A DNA stretch of 64,000 nt from an uncultured Eggerthellaceae bacterium. Its GTDB lineage: Bacteria > Actinomycetota > Coriobacteriia > Coriobacteriales > Eggerthellaceae. The DNA lies in the NCBI GenBank assembly GCA_934648845.1, contig CAKUFS010000010.1:327-64326 (forward strand), written 5' to 3'. The notes below the pieces were generated by a model that worked only from the letters and a program-made list of their open reading frames with translations, did not search any database and was not told where the DNA came from. This document shows positions 52,760 to 61,453 of this stretch, piece after piece; position 1 is the first letter of the stretch; each line of letters begins with the position of its first letter. The translations under genes and the position numbers were made by a program.

Positions 52760-53077
52760 TTACCTGATAAGCACCGCCCAATTTCGCTTCTTGTAGGAAA
52801 TTCTATCGATGCACACGACACCCGATTGTTCGTCCACGCGAAAAAAAGCCATGTAGTTGCCGAATTCCGCCCAGCGATAACCCGCCGATGCAGTAATTTC
52901 ATCACGCACGAAAGGATACGTTGAAGCAAACGATTCAAGCCTATCAACAAGCTCGTCAAAAGAATCAAGGAGCTGCCGAGCAGCAGAAGCGTTCGAAAGG
53001 GAGAACGTTATATACCGCACCGCCGAACTCAAATCATCGGAGGCTTTTTGTGTCACAAAAACGCGAAAGGCACTCAC
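52760..53077 (-). CDS. Type II toxin, RelE/ParE superfamily
   Basis: 105 aa. It overlaps the antitoxin stop by 4 nt. It has the typical size and the …YRWAEFGNYMAFFRVDEQSGVVCIDRISY… beta-core pattern. The patch is AT-richer. Confidence 0.75.
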   Translation of the reverse strand: MSAFRVFVTQKASDDLSSAVRYITFSLSNASAARQLLDSFDELVDRLESFASTYPFVRDEITASAGYRWAEFGNYMAFFRVDEQSGVVCIDRISYKKRNWAVLIR

Positions 53078-53334
53078 AATCCCAGCTCCTGACGCAATTG
53101 CAACGATGCATCGCGAGCAGATACAACGCGTCCCTCTTCAGCATCCCTTCTGCCCTGCATGAGAAATTCGTAGAAGTCAAGGCGCGCACGCAACTGCTCA
53201 TAGCTATCAACACCCATTATGGCCAAATCGCCATTGCCGTTTCGCGTGACAATCATCGGCTCGCTGTCCACATGACATTGCTCGGATATCTCACTGTAAT
53301 TGTTACGCAGAACCGTGCTTGAAATTACACGCAT
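53074..53334 (-). CDS. Type II antitoxin, Phd/YefM family
   Basis: The start is set at ATG 53334 after AAAGGAGGCGAATCGAT. MRVISSTVLRNNYSEISEQCHVDSEPMIVTRNGNGDLAIMGVDSYEQL is a classic Phd/YefM N-terminus. Confidence 0.82.
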   Translation of the reverse strand: MRVISSTVLRNNYSEISEQCHVDSEPMIVTRNGNGDLAIMGVDSYEQLRARLDFYEFLMQGRRDAEEGRVVSARDASLQLRQELGL

Positions 53335-53629
53335 ATCGATTCGCCTCCTTTGTCGTGTTCTGAAGATTATCTTACCATATTTCTTTAGATATTGCCAATT
53401 GTCCCTTTTAGCAACAGTTGATACAAGGTGAAGTAAGGATGAGCAACAAGCGCGGTGAGAAGATATACATCGCCGCGCTGCGACAGCTCGTCGGGTGCAA
53501 CGAGGCATATTTCGGCGACGCCGCGAGAAGCCTCCAGTCGAAGGGATACGTCGAGGGCTTCGCAATCCCCGCTTCTCTCGGAAAGTGTCGAATTGCGACC
53601 GTGTTGTCGGAAAAATGGCTTCGATGTGC

Positions 53630-53784
53630 AAAATATTCCTGTTCGGGGTAGGTTAAAGGGACATCGATCCCCGTTCGCCTTTCACTTGCTGTTCGCGACC
53701 TGGGCTTTTGCGAATCAGCATCAGCTTAAACAGCGCTATCCGGACCACAAATGCTTCCCAAGGTACCCCGAACAGGAATATTTT
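53630..53784. mobile_element. MITE-like element E (155 bp) with perfect 21-bp terminal inverted repeats
   Basis: AAAATATTCCTGTTCGGGGTA at 53630-53650 has its exact reverse complement TACCCCGAACAGGAATATTTT at 53764-53784. The interior carries CGACCTGGGCTTTT. Confidence 0.65.
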
Positions 53785-53872
53785 ACGCATTTGAACGAAA
53801 AAGCGACAACCTGCCACCGCGGAACACCTTTTCGATGCCGCGCGCACGTGAAACCCCAACGCGGCAGCAGGG

Positions 53873-53906
53873 CATAAAAAATCCGAGGCACAAACGGCGC
53901 CTCGGA
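53873..53906 (-). terminator. Rho-independent terminator of ilvE
   Basis: The minus strand reads AATCCGAGGC-GCCGTTTGT-GCCTCGGATT followed by TTTTTTATG. Confidence 0.75.
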
Positions 53907-53911
53907 TTCAA

Positions 53912-53946
53912 TTGTTGACAAAAGGTGGGGGCGGCGTCAAGCAAGA
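53912..53946. repeat. Palindrome D, copy 3 (degenerate right arm)
   Basis: TTGTTGACAAAAGGTGGGGGCGGCGTCAAGCAAGA ends 1-2 nt from the ilvE stop. Confidence 0.6.
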
Positions 53947-53947
53947 A

Positions 53948-54994
53948 TTACTCGGCAGGAATCTCCAAGACCCAACCCTCGGGACCTTCGATGTCGCAAG
54001 CCTGAATGCCAGCCAACGTCTCACGCAGCTTCTTCAGCACGGGACCGCAGCCATTGGCGGTGCCTGGGAACGTCACATCGCAGAAACCTTCCTTCGCCAC
54101 ACGCGCAACGGGGCTGATAACAGCCGCGGTACCGCACAGGCCGCACTCGACGAACTCGCCATCAATAACTTCTTGAAACTTCACCGGGCGCTCAATCACG
54201 TTCAGGCCCAGCATGTCGCGGCCCAACGCCACCAGCGAGCGACGCGTAATAGACGGCAGAATAGAATCGGTCGCAGACTTGGGCACCACCAAGTTGCCTT
54301 CCTTGTCCACGAAAATCACGTTCGCGCCGCCCGTTTCCTCAACGTAGGTGCGCGTTGCGGAATCAAGGTACATGTTCTCGGAGAAGCCGGCCTCGTGCGC
54401 CTTCTCGTACGGATACAAGCTCATGGCGTAGTTCAGACCAGCCTTGATGTTGCCGGTGCCGTGCGGTGCCGCGCGATCGTAATCGGGAATAGTGACCTCG
54501 ATAGAGGACTCGCCGCCCTTGAAGTACGGGCCTACGGGGGTAACCAGAATACGGAACTGATACTCGTCAGCAGGCTTCACGCCAATCACAACGCCCGTCG
54601 CAATCATAAAGGGGCGAATGTAGAGCGTAGCGCCCGAACCATAAGGCGGAACCCATGCAGCGTTCGCAGCAACAACCTGCTTCACGGCCTCTACGAACTT
54701 GTCCTCGGGGAAAGCGGGCATGCACAAGCGACGCGCGGAGTCGGCCATGCGCTTGGCGTTCAGGTCGGGGCGGAAGCACACGATGCGACCGTCCTTCGTG
54801 GTGTACGCCTTCATGCCTTCGAAAACTTCCTGACAGTAATGGAAGATACCGCCGCACTCGGAAACGGTAATGGAGTGGTCCGTGGTCAGACCGCCCTCTT
54901 CCCATTCGCCGTTCTTGTAATTGCACACGTAGCTGTAATCCGTGGGCATGTAGGCAAATGAAAGATTGCCCCAATCAAGATCCTTTTTTTCCAT
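53948..54994 (-). CDS. ilvE: Branched-chain amino acid aminotransferase
   Basis: About 348 aa of class IV aminotransferase. The start is moved to the second ATG (54994, MEKKDLDWGNLSFAYMPTDY) because the AAGGAG box abuts the first ATG at 55003. Confidence 0.9.
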   Translation of the reverse strand: MEKKDLDWGNLSFAYMPTDYSYVCNYKNGEWEEGGLTTDHSITVSECGGIFHYCQEVFEGMKAYTTKDGRIVCFRPDLNAKRMADSARRLCMPAFPEDKFVEAVKQVVAANAAWVPPYGSGATLYIRPFMIATGVVIGVKPADEYQFRILVTPVGPYFKGGESSIEVTIPDYDRAAPHGTGNIKAGLNYAMSLYPYEKAHEAGFSENMYLDSATRTYVEETGGANVIFVDKEGNLVVPKSATDSILPSITRRSLVALGRDMLGLNVIERPVKFQEVIDGEFVECGLCGTAAVISPVARVAKEGFCDVTFPGTANGCGPVLKKLRETLAGIQACDIEGPEGWVLEIPAE

Positions 54995-55223
54995 GGGTTT
55001 CATCTCCTTGACACCTTTTATGACACTTTCGCATCCTTATTGAATCGTTCTCATTATGCGCCTTTTTGAGAAACGACTCGGTGAAAAACAGGCAACGATA
55101 CAAACTGTTAACCTAAAGAGCAAGCGCAAACGCGCATAATGAAATGATATGGTAAAAAGCAGTTGACGGCGACAAACCGATAGACCAAATAAGAGAATCA
55201 GGAAAGAGAAGAAGGCGCAGCAG

Positions 55224-55973
55224 ATGACAATGAGCACGCAGACCAAAGAAAAAATCGAACTTCTCAACCAATGGATCGACGAATGCGCGCCGGGTCGTAT
55301 GGTGTTTTTCGGCGGCGCGGGCGTGTCTACCGAAAGCGGCATCCCCGACTTTCGCAGCCCCGATGGACTGTACGCGCAGAAATATAAGCTGCCACCAGAG
55401 CAGATTATCTCGGGCGGTTTTTTCCACCGCGATCCCAAAACGTTTTTCGAGTATTACTGCGACAAAATGATAGCACTGGACGCCAAGCCGAACGCCGCGC
55501 ACCTGCGCCTTGCGGAGCTTGAGGCAAAGGGCACCCTGCGCGCCGTAATCACACAGAACATCGACGGCCTGCACCAAGCGGCCGGCAGCAAAAACGTGCT
55601 GGAGCTCCACGGCAGCGTGCATCGCAATTTCTGCATGAAGTGCCAGCGCTTCTTTGACGTGCGCGAAATGCTAGCAGCGCGCGATGCGGACGGCATTCCC
55701 CGTTGCACGTGCGGCGGCATCATCAAGCCCGATGTGGTGCTGTACGACGAATCGCTTGATATGAACATCCTCACCGCGTCGGTTCAGGCAATCCAAGCGG
55801 CCGACCTTATGGTGATTGCGGGAACGTCGCTTGCCGTGTATCCGGCGGCGGGACTCATCGACTACTTTGCGGGCAAGCACCTGGTCATCGTGAACCTCTC
55901 CCCCACGCCCGCCGACAGCCAAGCGGATCTTTGCATTGCCGCGAAAGTCGGCGAAGCGTTGGGTCGCAAATAG
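55224..55973 (+). CDS. cobB: NAD-dependent protein deacylase, Sir2 family
   Basis: GAGVSTESGIPDFRS, QNIDGLH, and a Zn ribbon CMKCQ…CTCGG. Confidence 0.9.
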   Translation: MTMSTQTKEKIELLNQWIDECAPGRMVFFGGAGVSTESGIPDFRSPDGLYAQKYKLPPEQIISGGFFHRDPKTFFEYYCDKMIALDAKPNAAHLRLAELEAKGTLRAVITQNIDGLHQAAGSKNVLELHGSVHRNFCMKCQRFFDVREMLAARDADGIPRCTCGGIIKPDVVLYDESLDMNILTASVQAIQAADLMVIAGTSLAVYPAAGLIDYFAGKHLVIVNLSPTPADSQADLCIAAKVGEALGRK

Positions 55974-56150
55974 CACGAGCGCGGAATCCCCGCGATTGCA
56001 GCCAAAGAATGCATACGCCTAAATCCTTGCAACGAAAGCACCTTCATCGCCTGTCATTTTTGACAAAAATTTATTATTCGTCTCAATTAATAACACTTTT
56101 TCAGGCATTTCGCGTATACTGCAGAACAACGGAAAGCGAGGCGAAACCCT

Positions 56151-56720
56151 ATGAATCTAACGTTCGAAGGCTACGTAAAGCACTGCCTGGAAGAAAAAAC
56201 GGGCATCAAAACGGCAAGCATCCAACGCTTGGTTTCCCTTGCGCTCTCTAACAACGACATCATGGAATTGGTGTTCATCTTTGCCATTCAACGCAATAAA
56301 AAATATCACCTTATGAGCCAAGTTTGGAACACTCCGCTTGAGCCGGAATACCGTGCGGCACTGCGCGTGCTGGGCGAAGAAGGTTCCCTAGAAGCATTCC
56401 TGCAATCCAAGCGCACGCCGGTAAGTTACCGCCGCATCTATACCGATTTTCTGCACTACCCCACGAAGCTTGCCGCACAGAAAAAAGCGGAAGGAAAAGA
56501 CATCGAGCGCCTTCGCCAGCGCACCGTTGCTGCCTTGGAAACGGCTCACATCACGCGCTATCGCGTTTGCACCGACCTTGGTTTGAACCCCGGAAACATC
56601 TACGCGTACTTGGCGGGAAACACCGATAAAGTGTCGCTTAAAACCGCTCAGGCGATTTGCGACTACGCTTACGAGACCCTTGAAAAAGCACAAGCGCAAA
56701 CGGCTGCCAAAGAAGAATGA
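56151..56720 (+). CDS. Hypothetical protein with a C-terminal helix-turn-helix-like segment
   Basis: 189 aa in an AT-richer patch. …RYRVCTDLGLNPGNIYAYLAGNTDKVSLKTAQAICDY resembles an XRE-type HTH. No other assignable motif. Confidence 0.5.
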   Translation: MNLTFEGYVKHCLEEKTGIKTASIQRLVSLALSNNDIMELVFIFAIQRNKKYHLMSQVWNTPLEPEYRAALRVLGEEGSLEAFLQSKRTPVSYRRIYTDFLHYPTKLAAQKKAEGKDIERLRQRTVAALETAHITRYRVCTDLGLNPGNIYAYLAGNTDKVSLKTAQAICDYAYETLEKAQAQTAAKEE

Positions 56721-56974
56721 CGGGCTTGTCTGCCAGCTTTCCCACTACCCCCGAAGAGCAATCAGAAATCAATTTCAAAGCCGCCCGAAAGCAAATCGAT
56801 TCCATTAAAACCACGACCAAAACGGATTGCGCCATTCAGCCCCACGCCCCAAAATCACACCAAAATACACCACCAGACCACCGAATCACGTAAAAATAAC
56901 GATGCCGCAATACGCGAATACTCACATTTTTTCTTGCTCTTCGCTGTATGCCGCCCTACAATAGCACCATTGAA

Positions 56975-57150
56975 TTCTGTTTCAGGGCGAGGTGAAAATC
57001 CTCACTGGCGGTAATTGAACGGCGTGGATTCTTTGCAAAAAGAGCCCGTGAACGCAAAAGCCCGCGACCCTTGCGCAGCAAAAACTGGCAAGGCTGATTC
57101 CGTGAAAATCGGGAGCCAACGGTCACAGTCCGGATGAAAGAGGCGGATAT
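56975..57150 (+). promoter_or_regulatory. FMN riboswitch (RFN element)
   Basis: TTTCAGGGCGAGGTGAAAATCCTCACTGGCGGTAA…AGAGCCCGTGA…GATTCCGTGAAAATCGGGAGCCAACGGTCACAGTCCGGATGAAAGAGGCGG matches the conserved RF00050 blocks (AGGG.GGUGAAAUUCC..ACCGGCGGUA, AGCCCG.GA, GCCGACAGU.AAAGUC.GGAUG.GAGA). It lies upstream of a RibU-type ECF S component. Confidence 0.9.
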
Positions 57151-57390
57151 TCGACAACGCGTTTTTCTGCATGTGCTCCATGCTTTTCGGTAGCGTGCCA
57201 CGCCGCACGCAATGCCGCAACGCAAACGCTTGCAGATGAAATCTTTGCCTTGTCCTACGAGCCTGCAATGAGGAATTCATGCGGGTTCGTTTTTCTTTTC
57301 AGCGGGAAAACGTGCCTGACCTACCGGAAAAGCGGGGCGCATCACAAAAAGCAACGCGCACTCGCTCGCTGAAAAGAAAGGAGTCCATCC

Positions 57391-58002
57391 ATGGAAACAG
57401 AAAAGAAAACGGCCGCTACCGCTAACCCCGCCGCGGGCATCAAAAACACGAACCGCTGGGACACGCGTCAGCTGGTGGTCATGGCGCTTATGTGCGCTTT
57501 GAGCGTGCTGCTCTCGTTTATCGAGTTCGCCATTTTCCCCGCCGCCGCGTGGCTGAAATACGATGCTTCGTTCGTTCCTGCCATGATCTGCGGCTTCGCC
57601 TTTGGCGCCGGCCCGGGCACCGCAGTGGGCCTGGTTGCCGTTGTGCTGCACGGCCTAATGTCCGGCAACTTCTGGGGCGCTGTGATGAATGCGCTGGTGG
57701 TATGCGGCTACGTTATTCCTTCGGCGCTTATCTACAAACGCATGCGCACGTGGAAAGGCGCCATCATTGGCCTGATCGTGAGCTTCATTTGTGCTGTTAT
57801 TCTTGCCATTGTGGGCAATCTGCTCGTTACGCCCATCTACGCTGGCATGCCCGTTGAAGCCGTAGCCGCAATGATCGTGCCCATCCTTTTGCCGTTCAAC
57901 ACCATGAAGGCCGCGCTGAATGCAGTTATCACGCTGGCCATTTACAAAGCCATCTCCAACTTGATCACACCGAAGAAAAACCAGGTTGTGGGCAAAAAAT
58001 AA
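57391..58002 (+). CDS. ribU: ECF transporter S component, RibU-like (riboflavin)
   Basis: 203 aa with 5-6 TM helices. …TRQLVVMALMCALSVLLSFIEF… is typical of RibU. An FMN riboswitch lies upstream and ecfA1A2T downstream. Confidence 0.8.
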   Translation: METEKKTAATANPAAGIKNTNRWDTRQLVVMALMCALSVLLSFIEFAIFPAAAWLKYDASFVPAMICGFAFGAGPGTAVGLVAVVLHGLMSGNFWGAVMNALVVCGYVIPSALIYKRMRTWKGAIIGLIVSFICAVILAIVGNLLVTPIYAGMPVEAVAAMIVPILLPFNTMKAALNAVITLAIYKAISNLITPKKNQVVGKK

Positions 58003-58020
58003 CGCGAAGGAAAGCTCCCT

Positions 58021-58842
58021 ATGATTGAATTCAAGGACGTTCGGTTTACTTACGATGGCGCCAACTGGGCAATAAACGGCGTAACGACAAGCATCCAGCC
58101 AGGCGAATTCGTGTGCATCTTGGGTGGAAACGGCAGCGGAAAATCAACGCTTGCCAAGCATATCAACGCACTGCTCATTCCCGATGAAGGCGAAGTGCGC
58201 GTGGGCGAATGGAGCACCGCCGACGAAGACGCGCGCTACCTTATTCGCAGCACAGCTGGCATGGTATTCCAGAACCCCGACGACCAGATTGTGGCAACAC
58301 TCGTAGAAAACGATGTGGCGTTTGGCCCCGAGAATCTGGGCGTTCCCACCGATGAGCTGCGCGAACGCATAACAGCTTCGCTGAAGGCAGTGGGTCTTTC
58401 GGGCTTTGAGAAAGCCGAAACCGCCGCGCTTTCAGGCGGTCAAAAGCAACGTGTGGCCATTGCCGGCGTGCTTGCCATGAAACCGCGCGTCCTGATTCTT
58501 GACGAAGCATCGGCCATGATCGACCCCCGCGGCCGAACAGGGCTGATGCGCATTGTACGGGAGCTGAACAGCAAAGGCTTCACCATTATTATGATCACCC
58601 ACTTCATGGAAGAAGCGGCGGCGGCCCAGCGCATTCTGGTTATGGAGGCTGGCCGTATTTGCATGGAAGGCACGCCAAACGAGGTGCTCAAGCGCGCCGA
58701 CGAGCTGCGCCATTTGCACCTTGACGTGCCGTTTTCTGTGCAATTTTCGCTTGCCTGCCAAGACGCGGGCTTGCCCGTTACCACCACCCTTGACGCGCAG
58801 AAATTGGAGGATGAACTATGCAACTTGCTTTTGAACAGGTAA
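58021..58842 (+). CDS. ecfA1: ECF transporter ATPase EcfA1
   Basis: Walker A GGNGSGKSTL, LSGGQKQRVAIAGVLA and ILDEASAMIDP. Confidence 0.9.
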   Translation: MIEFKDVRFTYDGANWAINGVTTSIQPGEFVCILGGNGSGKSTLAKHINALLIPDEGEVRVGEWSTADEDARYLIRSTAGMVFQNPDDQIVATLVENDVAFGPENLGVPTDELRERITASLKAVGLSGFEKAETAALSGGQKQRVAIAGVLAMKPRVLILDEASAMIDPRGRTGLMRIVRELNSKGFTIIMITHFMEEAAAAQRILVMEAGRICMEGTPNEVLKRADELRHLHLDVPFSVQFSLACQDAGLPVTTTLDAQKLEDELCNLLLNR

Positions 58843-59897
58843 GTTTCACGTACGATGCCTCGCTGGCGCGCGAGGAAAAGAAGCACGCGAAAAAGGCGGC
58901 GAAGCGAGGTGCGGCCGCGAGCGCTACAGGCGCAGAAGCAGGCGAAACCAGTGCTGCAACCCACGCCGCGGGCGCTGCGGGCGCAGGCCTCCCAACCGTC
59001 GCAGCAGGCGCAAGCGAACAGGAAACACCTTCCCCCACCGCGTATGCCGACTGGGGCAACAACCCCAACAACCGGTGGGCGCTGCAAAACATCAGCTTCA
59101 CCGTGAATGAAGGTGATTTCCTGGGCATTGCCGGGCATACCGGCAGCGGAAAATCCACGCTGCTGCAGCACATGAATGGCCTGCTTGCCCCCACACGCGG
59201 ACGCGTGACGCTTGACGGGGCGGACCTGGCCGACAAAGCCGCGCGCAAAAGCTGCCGCGTCGCCGTGGGCGTGGTGTTCCAGTATCCCGAGCGCCAGCTG
59301 TTCGCCGCCACCGTATACGATGACGTTGCCTTCGGCCCACGTAACCTCAAGCTTGACGATGCCGAGGTGGATCGCCGCGTGCGCGCCTCGTTGGAATCCG
59401 TGGGACTTTCGTGCGATGAGATGGGCAACGCAAGCCCGTTCGAGCTGTCGGGCGGTCAGCAGCGTCGCGTGGCCTTCGCGGGCGTTTTAGCCATGAACCC
59501 CCAGGTCCTAGTGCTTGACGAGCCCACCGCCGGCCTTGATCCCGAAGCGAAAGCAACGTTTCTACAGCTCATCGACACGCTGCACGCCCAAGGCATGACC
59601 GTGGTTATGGTGTCGCACAACATGGACGACTTGGCGCGCTTCTGCAATCGCATCATCGTGCTGAATCAAGGCCAACTTGTTTTGGAAGGAACACCTGAGC
59701 AGGTGTTTTCCCACGAAGAAGAGCTGCATGCCATAGGGCTTGACATTCCCACCGCACAGCACCTGGCGAACAACTTGCGTGCGCGCGGCGTGAAGCTCCC
59801 CGTAAGGCTCTTCTTTGATGCCCAGGATTTGGCGAACGCATGCGCGACGCTGTATACGCAGGTCGCAGGAGATGCGCAGGAGGTACCGCAATCATGA
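58818..59897 (+). CDS. ecfA2: ECF transporter ATPase EcfA2 with an N-terminal low-complexity insertion
   Basis: GHTGSGKSTL, LSGGQQRRVAFAGVLA and VLDEPTAGLDP. About 70 aa of A/G/K/E-rich insert follow the first beta-strand. Confidence 0.9.
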   Translation: MQLAFEQVSFTYDASLAREEKKHAKKAAKRGAAASATGAEAGETSAATHAAGAAGAGLPTVAAGASEQETPSPTAYADWGNNPNNRWALQNISFTVNEGDFLGIAGHTGSGKSTLLQHMNGLLAPTRGRVTLDGADLADKAARKSCRVAVGVVFQYPERQLFAATVYDDVAFGPRNLKLDDAEVDRRVRASLESVGLSCDEMGNASPFELSGGQQRRVAFAGVLAMNPQVLVLDEPTAGLDPEAKATFLQLIDTLHAQGMTVVMVSHNMDDLARFCNRIIVLNQGQLVLEGTPEQVFSHEEELHAIGLDIPTAQHLANNLRARGVKLPVRLFFDAQDLANACATLYTQVAGDAQEVPQS

Positions 59898-60706
59898 GTT
59901 CCCCCACTGCCCTGATATTCGGACGCTATGTTCCCGGAACCAGCGTGGTGCACGCTCTGGACGCGCGCTGCAAGCTTACGTTGCTGCTGGTGTTTATCGC
60001 CGCGAACGTCATTACAACCACGCCGGTTGCCGTTGTCTTGTGTGCCGCATTCGTGATAGCTGCGTATTGCGCCGCCCGCATTTCCGCACGCACGGCTTTT
60101 ACCTGCGTGGGACCGCTTTTGATCATTGTTGTTTTCACCGCTATCGCGAATCTGTTTTTCGTGCAAGGCGGCGCCACACTTTGGAGCGCAGGACCAGTTA
60201 CTATCACCGAAAACGGCCTGTACCAGGCAATTCTTATGTCGTTTCGTCTGACCATCTTGCTATTTGGCGCATGCTTAGTCACCATGACCACCACCGCGCT
60301 TGACGTCACCGATGCCTTCGAAAGCATGCTGGCGCCGTTTGCACGCTTCGGACTGCCCGCCCACGAGCTTGCCATGATTGCCGGCATCGCGCTGCGCTTT
60401 CTACCCCAGTTTGCCACCGAATTCGTGAGCACGCGCAACTCTCAGATAAGCAGGGGCGCTTCGTTTTCGGAAGGCTCCTTGAAAGAGCGCGCTCACGCTT
60501 TCAGTGCGCTTTTCGTGCCGCTGTTCGCCAGCGTCTTTCGCCACGCCGACACACTGGCAGCAGGCATGGATGCCCGTTGCTACCACGGTGGCGCAGGGCG
60601 CACCCACTTGTACGAGCACGCGTTCCATGCGCGCGATGCGGCAGCCAGCGCCATCACGCTTCTGCTTCTTGCGGCTGCGATTGTCTGCAAAGTCATGAAT
60701 TGGTAG
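59894..60706 (+). CDS. ecfT: ECF transporter transmembrane component EcfT
   Basis: The start is ATG 59894, overlapping the ecfA2 stop (ATGA). MSSPTALIFGRYVPGTSVVHALDARCKL… and the …RISARG-like ARTAF… region are typical of EcfT/CbiQ. Confidence 0.88.
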   Translation: MSSPTALIFGRYVPGTSVVHALDARCKLTLLLVFIAANVITTTPVAVVLCAAFVIAAYCAARISARTAFTCVGPLLIIVVFTAIANLFFVQGGATLWSAGPVTITENGLYQAILMSFRLTILLFGACLVTMTTTALDVTDAFESMLAPFARFGLPAHELAMIAGIALRFLPQFATEFVSTRNSQISRGASFSEGSLKERAHAFSALFVPLFASVFRHADTLAAGMDARCYHGGAGRTHLYEHAFHARDAAASAITLLLLAAAIVCKVMNW

Positions 60707-60772
60707 GCGAACAGCAGCGCGGACGCCCGACACGACAATGAGCGCCGCCTTCTCCCTCCCCCAAAGAAAAAC

Positions 60773-60816
60773 AATCCTCCTGCTCTTCCGACCAGGAAAG
60801 GCAGGAGGATTTTCTT
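60773..60816 (+). terminator. Rho-independent terminator of the ECF operon
   Basis: AATCCTCCTGC-(17 nt)-GCAGGAGGATT followed by TTCTT. Confidence 0.7.
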
Positions 60817-60871
60817 AACCCAGAATCCGCACCGCCAACAGCGCCTGCAGGGCGCCCAAACGGGATGAAAA

Positions 60872-60904
60872 TTGTTGACAAAAGGTGGGGTAATTTGTCA
60901 ACAA
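60872..60904. repeat. 33-nt palindrome D, copy 4
   Basis: It is identical to copies 1 and 2 and lies 17 nt from the stop of the DUF1292 gene. Confidence 0.8.
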
Positions 60905-60921
60905 TGCGGATGGGAGCAGAT

Positions 60922-61242
60922 CTATTCGAAGTCGTAGAGTGCTTGAGTGGCCTGACGAAAATCTTCGTAGACTTCTTGCGCAATGCCCTCGTCGTCAACG
61001 AACTCGAACGCTTCCGGCTGATCTTCTTCATCAACGGCGGTCACTTCCATAATGACCAACTCGCCCGATGAACCCACCGGCTCGTCATCGCTTACCGGGA
61101 AAAAGAAACCGTAACGACGCCCGCCGTGCAGAATCAATCCAAGAAACTCCAGATCGACTAAATCGCCCTTTTCATCTTCAAAGGTGTAGACCATTCCCTC
61201 TTCGATGGGCGGACAAAAATTCGGCGCGCTTCCCTGACGCAT
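60922..61242 (-). CDS. DUF1292 family protein
   Basis: …FEDEKGDLVDLEFLGLILHGGRRYGFFFPV…ELVIMEV…FEFVDDEGIAQEVYEDF is the typical DUF1292 pattern. The start is set at ATG 61242 after GAGGAAAGGAACTCGT. Confidence 0.75.
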   Translation of the reverse strand: MRQGSAPNFCPPIEEGMVYTFEDEKGDLVDLEFLGLILHGGRRYGFFFPVSDDEPVGSSGELVIMEVTAVDEEDQPEAFEFVDDEGIAQEVYEDFRQATQALYDFE

Positions 61243-61453
61243 ACGAGTTCCTTTCCTCGGAAAATCACTACGCGAACAGAGTACCACAGCCGCCGCCCGT
61301 TGCAATCAACTATAATTGATACGGACGCTCCCCAACAAGAATAACGCAGGTGCAGACGCGTTTCCAGTATTCAAAGGATACACGAATGCATCACCTTACT
61401 TGCACCGAGCGCAGCGCTTCCAGCCCCTCATGCAAAAGAAGAAGGATACGCCC

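Noticed and set aside
53418-53651. A 77-aa ORF between the antitoxin gene and element E.
   Set aside because: It has no convincing RBS or motif, and its 3' end is formed by the left TIR of element E. At best it is a truncated remnant and is mentioned only in the findings.
55004-55223. A T-box or other leader upstream of ilvE.
   Set aside because: I could not find specifier or T-box (AGAGA…GGUGG.ACC) blocks on the minus strand. The spacer looks like an ordinary divergent promoter region.
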